A stretch of DNA of 64,000 nt from an uncultured Thermoleophilia bacterium (GCA_963702475.1 CAVPCT010000002.1:1-64000), one strand, 5' to 3'; shown: positions 31,436 through 41,437, counted from the stretch's first letter. Numbers and translations: made by a program. The notes: generated by a model not told the origin, from the sequence alone.

Positions 31436-31470
31436 TGAAAGGGGCGGCGGGCCGGATGGCCCGCCGCCCC
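31436..31470 (-). terminator. Intrinsic terminator after the amino acid permease
   Basis: 13-bp stem GGGGCGGCGGGCC / GGCCCGCCGCCCC followed by TTTCA on the minus strand. Confidence 0.65.
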
Positions 31471-31508
31471 CGATGCGTGCGACCCGAGGTCGCGCGACAG
31501 GGTAGCTG

Positions 31509-33107
31509 TCAGAGGGACAGGTCGCGCTCGATCTCGGCCAGTTCCTCGGCGGTACCCTGGACCTTGGGCCCCTTGAACCACTTGCGCGCCGAGACCGCGT
31601 ACCACAGTCCGGCCCCGCCGACGACGACGAGCACGGCGATGGGCGCGTAGTTGAACGTGTCGCGGTTTATCTCATTGAACGGTCCGGTCTGCGGCAGCAT
31701 GAGCAGGATGACGATGAAGACCACCCAGATGATGGCGACCCAGTTGATGATCGGTCCCCACGTCTTGTTGAGCTTCCAGGGGCCTTCGACGAACGCGCCT
31801 GGGTTGATGCGACGCAGGAAGACCGGCGTGAGGTACGAGATGTAGAGGCCGATCACTGCGATCGACGTGACGGCGTAGTAGGCGGTCACGTTGAACAGGT
31901 ACGGGAAGGCCAGGATGAACGCCCCGACGGCGCCGAACCAGGCGGTGCGCACGGGCACGTGGGCCTTCTTGCTCACGTGGTGCCAGAAGTTGGAGAACGG
32001 CATGGCGCCGTCGCGCGAGAACGCGTAGACCATGCGCGAGTTGGCGGTGATCGACGACATGCCGCAGAAGAACTGCGCCACGATGACGACCAGGATCAGC
32101 ATCAGCCCGATGGTGCGTCCGGTGGCGTACTCGAAGATCGTCGCCCATGGCACACCCACGGCGATGTCGGCGTAGCTGGCGTATTCGACGCCGCCGATGG
32201 TGACGGGGTAGGTGTGCGGGATGGCGTAGCTGACGGCAATCAGAAGGATGAAGCCTGCGACCATGGAGATCCAGATGGAGTTGACGATGCCCTTCGGCGC
32301 GGAGATGCGTGCCTGGATCGTCTCCTCGGAGACGTGGGCAGACGCGTCATACCCGGTGAACGTGTACTGCGCGTTGAGGAGCCCGATCAGGAAGACATAG
32401 AAGGGGATCGCGAATCCTGAGAGGCCCTCGAAGGCCTGCCAACCCTCACTTCCGAAGAGGAAGCTCACCGTCTGGTGGCTGCCAGACTCCGGCGCCCAGA
32501 AGAGCAGGATGAAGATGAGAGCGACGCCGACCAGGTGCCAGTACACGGATACGTCGTTGAGCAGGGCCACGAGGCGCACGCTGAATGTGTTCAGCAGGCC
32601 TTGGATGAACAGGACGACGGCGAGGATGATGATCGCGTAGACCCTCTCGTCCAGCCAGTAGGAATCGCCGGTCAGGATGGCGAGGAAGGCCGCGATCGAG
32701 AAGGCGCAGCCGAAGCTGATGCCGGCGGTGACGGCGACCTGGCCCAGGAGGTTGAACCAGCCGGTGAACCAGGACCAGATCGGTCCGCTCTTGCCGGGGG
32801 CCAGCTTGGCCGACCAGTAGTACAGGCCGCCGGCAGTCGGGAAGGCGGAGCAGATCTCACCGAGGGACATGCCGGCGAAGATCACCAGAGTGCCCACAAG
32901 CAGCCAGCCCCAGAGCATGACGGGCGGGCCGCCGTGGGTGAGGCCGTACCCGTAGAGCGTGAGGCAGCCCGACAGGATGGAGATGATTGTGAAGGACACG
33001 GCGAAGTTCGAGAACTTGCTCATGCTTCGGTTGAGCTCCTGCGCGTACCCCATCGCGTGCAGGTCGGCCACGTCCTGATCGTGCTGCTGGGTTTGTTGTT
33101 CTGCCAT
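31509..33107 (-). CDS. Amino acid/amine permease (APC, ACT/choline-GABA-like subfamily)
   Basis: 'MGYAQELNR.MS.FSNFAVSFTIISIL', 'EICSAFPTAGGLYYW', 'GYDASAHVSEET', 'SRMVYAFSRDG', 'WFKGP'. Confidence 0.9.
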   Translation of the reverse strand: MAEQQTQQHDQDVADLHAMGYAQELNRSMSKFSNFAVSFTIISILSGCLTLYGYGLTHGGPPVMLWGWLLVGTLVIFAGMSLGEICSAFPTAGGLYYWSAKLAPGKSGPIWSWFTGWFNLLGQVAVTAGISFGCAFSIAAFLAILTGDSYWLDERVYAIIILAVVLFIQGLLNTFSVRLVALLNDVSVYWHLVGVALIFILLFWAPESGSHQTVSFLFGSEGWQAFEGLSGFAIPFYVFLIGLLNAQYTFTGYDASAHVSEETIQARISAPKGIVNSIWISMVAGFILLIAVSYAIPHTYPVTIGGVEYASYADIAVGVPWATIFEYATGRTIGLMLILVVIVAQFFCGMSSITANSRMVYAFSRDGAMPFSNFWHHVSKKAHVPVRTAWFGAVGAFILAFPYLFNVTAYYAVTSIAVIGLYISYLTPVFLRRINPGAFVEGPWKLNKTWGPIINWVAIIWVVFIVILLMLPQTGPFNEINRDTFNYAPIAVLVVVGGAGLWYAVSARKWFKGPKVQGTAEELAEIERDLSL

Positions 33108-33255
33108 AGGACCCCCCTGTTCGAACCTCGTCTTGCCACGACTACGTTTCGTGCATATAGCCTGCTCGTACCGTCCGCTGTCAATGGGTCGTGCGCGCGT
33201 GCTGATCCATGGTGTGCGAGTCTGAGAGAAAAGGGCTGGTTGTGGGACAAGCGCA

Positions 33256-33298
33256 GGCGCGGACCGGGGGCCGGCAGAGCCGGCCCCCGGTCCGCGCC
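33256..33298 (-). terminator. Strong hairpin after the transketolase-like gene
   Basis: 20-bp perfect stem GGCGCGGACCGGGGGCCGGC / GCCGGCCCCCGGTCCGCGCC. Confidence 0.65.
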
Positions 33299-33320
33299 GC
33301 CGTGCTTCGTCAGGCGTGAC

Positions 33321-35687
33321 TCAGGAGCGTGGCCGCGAGGCGGCGTACCGCACGATGGCCTCAGCCTGCGACGCGCCGTCGAGGCCGGCCTCGGCGAGCA
33401 CCGCCTCGCCCTGGCCGCTGCCCAGGTAGTGGCCGTGTGCGTACGGGTGCAGCGTCGCGCTGCGCCCTTCCGGAGATGTGATCCAGCGCATCATGGTCGG
33501 CAGGGTGAAGCCGGTGATGCCCATGGCCTCGCGCGCGTGTGCGTCGGGGAACAGGGCCGCCTGCTCCGCGGGGCTCAGGGAGTCGAAGAGCTCGGCGCTC
33601 GCGACGTAGTAGACACGAGCGTCGACGCCGTGCGCGGCGAGCAGCGGCAGACCCTCCTCCACGAGAGCGTAGGCGACGGCGCTCTCCTGCACCACGACGG
33701 TGACATCCGCCTCACCCTCGGGTGCGCGCAGCAGGTAGACGCCGGTCACCGCCGCCTCCGCAGGAGCCAGGCCCAGTCCCGGCCTGTCGAGGACGGTCTC
33801 GCTGGGGCGGGTCACGAACGGCGCGATCACCGCGGGGCGCCGCGCCAGCGCCGTCGCGAGCAGCGGCCACACTTCCTGAGGTTCCCAGGGTGTGAGGGTG
33901 ACGGACGTGCCCTTCGGGAAGTCCTCCTGCAGCAGCTGCAGCGCCTGCGGGTCGGCGTGGGTGGGGCCGTCCTCGCCGGTCTTGAGGCCGGCGTGGGCGC
34001 ACACCAGGACCATCGGCTTGTACGGCTCGCCGCTCACGCTGCGGCGCGCCTGAGCGCCGATGCAGTGCAGGCGCGCGGCGATGTGACCGAGCGGCGCCAT
34101 GAAAGCGCCGTAGGAGCTGCCTACGCCGATGGCATGCCCGAAGGTCGAGATGCCGGAGAGTGTGCCGGCGATGGCGTCCTCGCAGATGCCGCCGACGGAG
34201 AGCAGGCGAGCGTCCGGGTTCGTGACGGCGTTGAAGAAGCCGGGCGCGAAATCGGCGGCGACGTTGCTGACGCTCGTGGAACCGTACAGGTCGGCCGAGG
34301 CTGTGAGCACGGCGCCCCCGGACGCCGTGTTCAGGTAGCGCAGGGCCTCGCCCAAGGCGCCGCGGATGGTGGTGGATGAGCCCGGCACGAGGCGAAGCTG
34401 GTCCGGGACGCGCGCCTGCTCTTGCGCGGCGACCTCGCAGACAGCCTCGACGCGCGGCGCGCCGGCACGGGGAGCGCGAGCGCGACGCTCCAGGCGCTCG
34501 CCGGCGGCGCGCAGGCGTTCGGCCAAGGCCGCCGCCACGTCGTGCTCCTGCTCCAGCCGCGCCCTGACGGCCTCGAGCGCGGCCCAGAAGCACTTCTCGC
34601 GCTCCGCCGGGCCGTCCGGACCCGTGCAGCGCGGGTCGGCCGGGTCGCACGTGGGCAGCACGTCCTGTGCGCCTCCGGTGAGCTCGGCCAGGGCCTCGTA
34701 GTAGCCGGGCGCGCAGAGCTTGTGCCCGGCGCCGTGCGAGGCCTTGCCCTCCACGCCGTACTTCCAGCCCTTCAGCGTGCGGTAGACGATGGCCGTGGGC
34801 TGGCCGTTGTCCAGCTCCGCCGCGCGGCGCTGGGCCGCGACGACCTGGCGGTGGTCGCGGCCGTCGGCCACCTCGATCACGTTCCAGTCGTGCAGGTAGA
34901 ACAGCTCGGCCGGCGTCCACTGCACGTACTCTCCGGGCTGATCGCCCTCGCGGCAGACCCGGTTGCTGTCGATGGAAGCCTGGTTGAAGTCCACGTGCAT
35001 GACGACGTTGCCGAGGGATGCGGTGCCGGCCGCGGCCAGCGCCTCTGCCACGCGGCCGGGGGTGAGCCCGCCTTCGCCCTCGACGATGTGCACGCGGGGC
35101 GCGTTCGCGCCGTAGCGGTCGCGCGCCCCGATGGCGAGGCCGATGGAGCTGGCCACGCCCACGCCGGAGGCGCCGGTGGACAGCTTGACGAACGGCGTCG
35201 CCGGCGTCGGGTGCCCGTCGAGCGCCTTGGCGTCGAACAGCCGGAAGAGCGGCGTCGACGTGACCGGGTTGCGGCGGAATCCGAGCAGGTCCTCCAGGCG
35301 CAGCCTGCGGGCGTCGTCCGCCGGCAGCAGGTCCGGCGCGCCCACACGGGCCACCTCGTCCCGCAGAGCCCAGAGCGCGTAGAGGCCCATGGCCTTGTGG
35401 CCGGCCGCGTAGCTGACGATGTCGGCGTCCTGCCTGTCCGGGTCGTCGAGTCTGTAGTCTGCGGCGTCGAAGAGGACGGCCTCCACGAAACGGCCAGACG
35501 AGATGGAGCCGCCCGGGTGACCGGACGTGGGCACGTAGTTGAAGAGGATGCCGCAGAGGGAGCGGTACAGCAGGTCGAAGGTCTCGAACTGGGCGACCTC
35601 CGTTTCGTCCAGCGGCGCCTGCGCCGTTGCCAGTGCGGCGTCGACGGAGAGGTGGACGGCGCGCCTGGGGCCGAAAGACATCGTCAC
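33321..35687 (-). CDS. Divergent large transketolase-like ThDP enzyme
   Basis: 'SGHPGGS', 'AAGHKA', 'LDGHP', 'STGASGVG', 'EGEGG...DFN', 'TGEDGPTHA'. RBS AAGGAG before GTG 35687. Confidence 0.8.
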   Translation of the reverse strand: MTMSFGPRRAVHLSVDAALATAQAPLDETEVAQFETFDLLYRSLCGILFNYVPTSGHPGGSISSGRFVEAVLFDAADYRLDDPDRQDADIVSYAAGHKAMGLYALWALRDEVARVGAPDLLPADDARRLRLEDLLGFRRNPVTSTPLFRLFDAKALDGHPTPATPFVKLSTGASGVGVASSIGLAIGARDRYGANAPRVHIVEGEGGLTPGRVAEALAAAGTASLGNVVMHVDFNQASIDSNRVCREGDQPGEYVQWTPAELFYLHDWNVIEVADGRDHRQVVAAQRRAAELDNGQPTAIVYRTLKGWKYGVEGKASHGAGHKLCAPGYYEALAELTGGAQDVLPTCDPADPRCTGPDGPAEREKCFWAALEAVRARLEQEHDVAAALAERLRAAGERLERRARAPRAGAPRVEAVCEVAAQEQARVPDQLRLVPGSSTTIRGALGEALRYLNTASGGAVLTASADLYGSTSVSNVAADFAPGFFNAVTNPDARLLSVGGICEDAIAGTLSGISTFGHAIGVGSSYGAFMAPLGHIAARLHCIGAQARRSVSGEPYKPMVLVCAHAGLKTGEDGPTHADPQALQLLQEDFPKGTSVTLTPWEPQEVWPLLATALARRPAVIAPFVTRPSETVLDRPGLGLAPAEAAVTGVYLLRAPEGEADVTVVVQESAVAYALVEEGLPLLAAHGVDARVYYVASAELFDSLSPAEQAALFPDAHAREAMGITGFTLPTMMRWITSPEGRSATLHPYAHGHYLGSGQGEAVLAEAGLDGASQAEAIVRYAASRPRS

Positions 35688-35997
35688 GGGACCCACTCCT
35701 TCCATGCGGTTCGCGGGGCGGCGGTCGAGGGCGAGCACCCCCCTCGACGGTGCCCGTCACCGGCATTGTATCGACACGCGCTCGCGCGTTTCCCTCGCAG
35801 CGTGTGGCGAAACGTACCGGCCGCAGGTCCCCGCTGCGCCAGAATGAAGCGGCGGCCGAGGCTGCGAGCGGGCAGGTGGAGCCGGATCACGGAGCGAAGT
35901 CGGGGCGGGGGCGCTCTGCGGGCGCGCCCCGCCCCTGGGCGGAACGCTTCTCCGGCCGGCCCCTCGCGGCCGGCCCCTCAGGGGCTTCCCGGGACGC

Positions 35998-36630
35998 TCA
36001 GACGCCGAGCAGCTCGTCGATCTTCTTGACGCCGTCGGAGGCGTCCTCGGCGTAGGCGTCGGCGCCGATCTGGTCGGCCCAGCGCTGCGTCGCGGGGGCG
36101 CCGCCGACGACGCACTTGTAGGCGAGGCCCTCCTCGCGCACGCGCTTGATGACCTTCTTCTGCTCCTCCATCGTGGTGGTGAGCAGGGCGCTCATGCCGA
36201 TCACGTTCGCGCCGACCTCGGCGGCCTTGGTGAGGAAGGCGTCGGCGGGCACGTCGCGGCCGAGGTCGTGGACCTCGTAGCCGTTGGCCTTCAGGTAGGC
36301 GATGACGATGGCCTTGCCGATGTCGTGCACGTCGCCCTGCACGGTGCCGATCACGATCACGCCCTTGGCCGCGGCGGCCTCGCCCTCGAGGGCGGCGTTG
36401 GTGACCTCGGTGGCCCCGGCCATGGCGTCGGCGCTCATCATCAGCTCGGGGAGGAAGACCTCGCCGCTCTCGAAGAGCTCGCCGACCTCCTGGATACCCT
36501 TGACGAAGCCGTTCTGCATGATGTCGGCGGGCGCGAGGCCCTGCCCGAGGGCGCGCTTCGCGACCTCCTCGGCGGCGGCGCGGTCGGCGTCGACGATGGT
36601 CTGGGCTGCTTCTTCGTAGATGGTGGCCAT
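35998..36630 (-). CDS. Methyltransferase cognate corrinoid protein (MtbC/MttC-like)
   Basis: 'FLPELMMSA', B12 motif 'GTVQGDVHDIGK', 'SALLTTT', 'VGGA'. RBS AAGGAG. Confidence 0.93.
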   Translation of the reverse strand: MATIYEEAAQTIVDADRAAAEEVAKRALGQGLAPADIMQNGFVKGIQEVGELFESGEVFLPELMMSADAMAGATEVTNAALEGEAAAAKGVIVIGTVQGDVHDIGKAIVIAYLKANGYEVHDLGRDVPADAFLTKAAEVGANVIGMSALLTTTMEEQKKVIKRVREEGLAYKCVVGGAPATQRWADQIGADAYAEDASDGVKKIDELLGV

Positions 36631-36690
36631 GCGTGGGGCTCCTTCCTCTCTACCCGCCGGTGTCGGTTTGGCGTAGAGTCGGGTCGACGT

Positions 36691-36771
36691 GTGTGCGAGT
36701 GCAAAAGTAGCACGTTCGCGAACGTTATCAAACACACTCGCACTTGACGTCACGCGTGTCGTGCCTATGAT
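36691..36771. promoter_or_regulatory. Divergent promoter with nested inverted repeats
   Basis: Plus strand TTGACG-N16-TATGAT (36744-36771). Palindrome ACGTTCGCGAACGT (36712-36725) sits inside GTGCGAGTG...CACTCGCAC (36693-36743). Confidence 0.65.
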
Positions 36772-36997
36772 GGGCTTTGTTTCTGTTCGATTCTGCCAAT
36801 CTGGGGAGAAGCGTAGGGGCAGTGTCCGGACCAGTCTCATCGTGTGGGCCACGTCCATCCGCCTCGGCGTCCCCCGCTCGCGCCCTCTTCTTCGGCGACA
36901 CCCGCCGCCGGCTGCTCAGCCGTGTGCCGGCGGCGGTCCTGAACCGGTCCAGACGACCGATGCCCGTTCACTGCGACTCTTCGAAAGGAGGCTTGGT

Positions 36998-37945
36998 GTG
37001 AGCACACGCTTGTTCTTCGCCACGGACGTGCACGGGTCTGAGGTCTGCTGGCGCAAGTTCATCAATTCCGGCCCGCACTATGGCGCCAACATCCTGATCC
37101 TCGGTGGCGACATGACCGGCAAGGCGGTGGTGCCGATCATCGACCAGGGGTCGGGCCGCTACTACTACCACATGCAGGACGTGCGTCACGAGTTCGAAGG
37201 GCAGGAGGCCCTGGCCAAGGAGACCCGCGCCATCCGCGACCACGGCTACTACGCGGTGACGATGACCGCCGATGAGCGCGACGAGTACACGCGCGACCAG
37301 GACAAGTTCGACGAACTGTTCCATGCGCAGATGCGCAGCACCGTGGCCGACTGGGTCGAGTGGGCCGACGCCAAGCTCGCCGGCTCGGGCCTGCAGTGCA
37401 TCGTCTGCCCCGGCAACGACGACCGCCACGACATCGACGGCATCCTCGCGCAGTCGCAGCTCATCCAGGTCGGGGAGGGCAACGTCCTCGACCTGCCCGA
37501 CGGCTATCAGCTGGCCTCGAGCGGCTGGACGAACCTCACGCCATGGGACACGCCGCGCGAGGAGGACGAGCCCGAGCTCAAGAAGCGCATCGACGCCATC
37601 GTCGCGCAGGCGACCGTGTCGCCGGACCGACTTGTCCTTGGGCTGCACTGCCCGCCCTACGACACCAACCTCGACGTCGCGCCCAAGATCGACTGGGACA
37701 CCCTGACGGTCAAGGGGCAGGACACGGCGCACGTCGGATCGAGCGCGGTCAAGGAGGTCATCAAGGAGGTCCAGCCGGTCCTGTCGCTGCATGGGCACAT
37801 CCACGAGAGCCGCGCCGCGGAGCGCATCGGCCGCACGCTGGCCATCAATCCGGGCAGCTCCTACGTTGAGGGGACGCTCTCGGGCGTCGTCGTCGAGCTC
37901 GACGGCAAGAGCAAGGTCAAGAACTACCGGCTGACCATGGGGTGA
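36998..37945 (+). CDS. Calcineurin-like metallophosphoesterase (paralog of 23803-24807)
   Basis: 'ATDVHGS', 'GGDMTGK', 'PGNDD', 'HCPP', 'HGHIHE', 'NPGSSY'. RBS AAGGAGG. Confidence 0.87.
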   Translation: MSTRLFFATDVHGSEVCWRKFINSGPHYGANILILGGDMTGKAVVPIIDQGSGRYYYHMQDVRHEFEGQEALAKETRAIRDHGYYAVTMTADERDEYTRDQDKFDELFHAQMRSTVADWVEWADAKLAGSGLQCIVCPGNDDRHDIDGILAQSQLIQVGEGNVLDLPDGYQLASSGWTNLTPWDTPREEDEPELKKRIDAIVAQATVSPDRLVLGLHCPPYDTNLDVAPKIDWDTLTVKGQDTAHVGSSAVKEVIKEVQPVLSLHGHIHESRAAERIGRTLAINPGSSYVEGTLSGVVVELDGKSKVKNYRLTMG

Positions 37946-38019
37946 ACACGCGCAGGCGTGATACTGGGGGTGCCGGCGGCGCGCCGTCGGCCGCTTAAGA
38001 GACTCAGGAGGCGTAGTCT

Positions 38020-39771
38020 ATGGCAAGTTCATCAACTCCCGCGCCGGAGCAGACGCTCTTCGTACGCAAGGCGAGCGGCCTCGTCAAGGGGTGGTCTGGC
38101 GGGGACGGGTTCCGCTACTCGTTCATGTCCGTCAACCTCTTCCTGGCGATCTGGTCGTTCTCCTATGCGACGTTCATCCCGGGCGGCAGCATGTTCTGGG
38201 CGATCGTCATCGCGGCGATCTTCATCGCCCTCGAGATCCTCGTGTACGCCGGCCTGATCTCGGCCATGCCGCGCGCCGGTGGCGACTACGTGTGGCAGAC
38301 ACGTATCTTCCACAGCGCCGTCGGCTTCGTGGTCGCGGCGGTGGGCTGGTGGTTCATCCTCTGGCTCTGGACCCCCATCTACGCCGACATGGGCGTCCAG
38401 ACCACGGTGAAGCCCATCTTCCGCATCCTCGGCCTCAACGGCGCGGCGGACTGGATGACCAGCCGTACCGGCATCTTCATCAGCGCCCTGGTGGTCATCG
38501 CGATCGCCTCGACGCTCGTGGCCATCGGCATGAAGAGCTACGCCGTCTTCCAGAAGTGGGCGCTCTGGATCGGCATCGCCGGCGTCATCGTGTGCGGGAT
38601 CCTGCTGCTCGTGACCTCGGGCGACTCCTTCAAGGAGAAGTTCAACGAGGCCGCCAACAAGTACTACGGCGACGCCGGCACGCTCAATCTCCAGGCGTAC
38701 AAGACGGACGAGGCCGGCTACTTCGTCTACGAGGACATCTACGTCGTGCCCGAGGAGGGTGCGACCTATCCCGACGCGTTCACGGCGGTCGAGGAAGTCG
38801 GCAAGGGTACCGGCATGCCCACCTCGACGTTCGCCGGTGGTTTCAGCTGGGCCACCTGGACACTCATCCCGTTCATGCTGTTCTGGATCGCCTGGCCGAA
38901 CTGGGGGGCGACGCTCTACGGTGAGGTCCGAGGGGCCAAGGACTACCGCAAGAACATCTACCAGATGCTCGGCGGGCTCTTCGTGCCCACGGCCATCGTC
39001 CTCAGCTTCCTCGGGCTGATGACGTGGAAGGTAGGCTACCAGGCGTTCATGGGGATGATGGCCTCGTTCTGGTACTACGCGACGACGGGCTCGAACCTCT
39101 CGCCGCTCGGTGGCGACTACGTCTCGCCGACGGCGATGATCTCGTGGATCGTGCCCAACGCGGCCTTCCAGGTCATCCTCATCGCGGCCGTCTCGCTGCT
39201 GCTCTTCGGCTGGTTCGGCACCCTGTTCCTCTCGTCGACGCGCATGATCTTCGCCGCGGCCTTCGACCGCATCCTGCCTGAGGGGGCCGCACGGGTGACG
39301 TCGGGCGGCGTGCCGGTCGTCGCGCTGCTCCTCATGACGATCCCGTCCATCATCGTGGCAGCGCTCTATGCGTACACGCCGACCGATGCGACCACGGGCT
39401 ACACGATCGTCAAAGTGTTCACGCTGGATGCCACGTTCGGCATCATCATCATGTTCATGTTCTCGGGGCTCGCCTTCATGGTCATGAAGTGGCGAGCCAG
39501 GAGCATCTGGGACAGCTCGTCGCTGCCAAAGAGTGGTCTCGCCGGCATACCTTGGATGTCGGTGATAGCCGCCATCTACAGCGCGTTCCTGGTGTTCAAC
39601 ATCTACCTGTACGCCACAGACGCCATCTACGGAGTGAACAACCGGCAGTCCTTCATCTTCATGGGCGTCCTCTACGCGTCGGCCATCGTCATCTGGGTCG
39701 TCATGTACTTCGTCCGCAAGGGCCAGGGCATGGCGCTCGAGGCGGTCGCCAAGGAGATCCCGGTCGAGTAA
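38020..39771 (+). CDS. APC-family permease (paralog of 22111-23742)
   Basis: 'FVRKASGLVK', 'AMPRAGGDYVWQTR', 'YGEVRGA', C-terminal 'EIPVE'. Confidence 0.87.
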   Translation: MASSSTPAPEQTLFVRKASGLVKGWSGGDGFRYSFMSVNLFLAIWSFSYATFIPGGSMFWAIVIAAIFIALEILVYAGLISAMPRAGGDYVWQTRIFHSAVGFVVAAVGWWFILWLWTPIYADMGVQTTVKPIFRILGLNGAADWMTSRTGIFISALVVIAIASTLVAIGMKSYAVFQKWALWIGIAGVIVCGILLLVTSGDSFKEKFNEAANKYYGDAGTLNLQAYKTDEAGYFVYEDIYVVPEEGATYPDAFTAVEEVGKGTGMPTSTFAGGFSWATWTLIPFMLFWIAWPNWGATLYGEVRGAKDYRKNIYQMLGGLFVPTAIVLSFLGLMTWKVGYQAFMGMMASFWYYATTGSNLSPLGGDYVSPTAMISWIVPNAAFQVILIAAVSLLLFGWFGTLFLSSTRMIFAAAFDRILPEGAARVTSGGVPVVALLLMTIPSIIVAALYAYTPTDATTGYTIVKVFTLDATFGIIIMFMFSGLAFMVMKWRARSIWDSSSLPKSGLAGIPWMSVIAAIYSAFLVFNIYLYATDAIYGVNNRQSFIFMGVLYASAIVIWVVMYFVRKGQGMALEAVAKEIPVE

Positions 39772-39976
39772 GCCGCGAAGCGGCGAAGCCACTGAGCGAC
39801 TGTGGGCTGAAACTCGAACGACGCAGACGAAGACGCAGGCGCGGGCGGCGGCCCGGTGATCCTTCCGGGCCGCCGCCGTCCCTGACGGGGAGGCGCCCAC
39901 AAGCGGGCGTTCCCCGGAGGGTCCCCACGCCGGGGGCGCCGGGCGTGAAACGACGGCAGAGGGAGGCCGTACCTTA

Positions 39977-41377
39977 ATGAAGGTCCTCACCAGAATGGGC
40001 GACAGCTCCAACGTCGAGCTGACGATGGACGAGCTTCGCCAGGAGTTCATCGCCGGCTCCGAGCTCGCCGCCACGAAGGCCAAGATCCCGGCGCTCACCG
40101 AGAACGAGATCGACTTCCTGGTCGACATGTTCGCGGCGCCGACGCGTATCTGGGGCGTGCAGCGCGGCCACGAGGTCGTCATGACCAAGGATGGCTGCGT
40201 CAACGCCCTCAACTCCTCGCGCATGTCGAGCGGCGTCACCGCGCCGGTCAACCGCGAGGTGGGCGTGCGCCTCTTCGAGTCGATGCTCGGCTTCGACTCC
40301 ATGGAGGTGGCGCACAACGACTACTCCGTGAAGCCGCAGCGCTTCCTCAAGGCGCTGGAGCAGCTCCACATGGAGATCCTCCAGGAAGTCACCATCTTCC
40401 CGCTGTTCTACGGCTTCATGCCCAACCTGGGCCTGTACTACCGGCCCGACGGCTCGTTCGAGAACCCGTCGGACCTCATGCCGATCGGCAAGATCCCGGA
40501 GGCGCGCCGCACGCAGGAAGAAGCGCTCGAGAAGTGCATGGAAGACTGCATCGAGATGAGCGACTGCATGCTCGAGATGGGCGCCGACGGCATCGACTAC
40601 GACACCACCGCGTCCACCGGTGACGCCGAGTTCCTGGCCGTGCTCAAGACCACCGAGCACGTGGCCGGCGAGACGGGCCTCCCCGTCGAGGTCGGCATGT
40701 CGGCCGAGATGGTGCTGGGCTTCCACGGCCAGCTCGAGTACAACGGCAAGCGCCTCGCCGGCATGTGGCCGCACCAGCAGCTGCAGGTGTGCGAAGAGGC
40801 CGGCGTGGCGATCTTCGGCCCGGTCTGCAACACCAACACCAAGAAGACCGTGCCGTGGAACCTGGGTCGCGCCCTCACCTTCGTCAAGGCGTGCACCGAC
40901 ATCGCCAAGATCCCGGTGCACCCCAACGTGGGCATGGGCGTGGGCGGCGTGCCGATGTTCGAGACCCCGGCCGTGGACGTCGTGACGCGCTGCAGCGCGG
41001 CCATGATCGAGATCGGGCACGCCGACGGGTTGTAGGTCGGTACGGGTGACCCGGCCGGCATGCACATGGCGCATCTGCTGGCCTCGTCGATGGGCGGTAT
41101 CCGCGCAGCCGGAGATCTGGTTGCCCGCATGCAGCTCCAGAAGATGAGGATCGACGACGCCAAGAAGTACGTGGCCGACAAGCTCCACGTGACGCCGCTC
41201 GACCTGTCCGATCCCACCGTCATGCGAGCTCTCAGGGAAGAGCTCGACATCGGTGTGGTCACGGGCGTCCCCGGCATCGCCAAGGGCATGGCCGCCAAGT
41301 GCCGTATCGCCGAGTTGCTCGACATCAAGATCAACTCGGTGGAGCAGTTCAAGAAGAAGACCGGTCTGCACCTCTGA
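39977..41377 (+). CDS. mtbB: Dimethylamine:corrinoid methyltransferase MtbB family, 466 aa, with an in-frame amber codon (predicted pyrrolysine at codon 353)
   Basis: ORFs 39977-41035 and 41060-41377 are in one frame and separated only by TAG 41033-41035. The joined protein reads 'TRMGD...HNDYSVKP...MPNLGLY...FGPVCNTN...[13 protein letters not shown]...ADGL-(TAG)-VGTGDPAGM...[12 protein letters not shown]...LREELDIG...KINSV', matching the MtbB 'DG.(O).G.GDP' site. Confidence 0.92.
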
Positions 41378-41437
41378 GCCGGCGGCTGACGGCCGCGGCG
41401 CCTGGCGCCGCGGCCGCCCGGCTCCTGCGGACCGCAC

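Noticed and set aside
39772-39976. Possible tRNA-Pyl (pylT) in the structured spacer (contains TGAAACTC)
   Set aside because: No CUA anticodon loop (CTCTAAA-like) or cloverleaf on either strand. I noticed none elsewhere in the window by eye.
39977-41377. Reading mtbB as a nonsense pseudogene or as two genes
   Set aside because: The single stop is TAG at the known Pyl column, both halves are intact and in frame, and the second ORF has no RBS.
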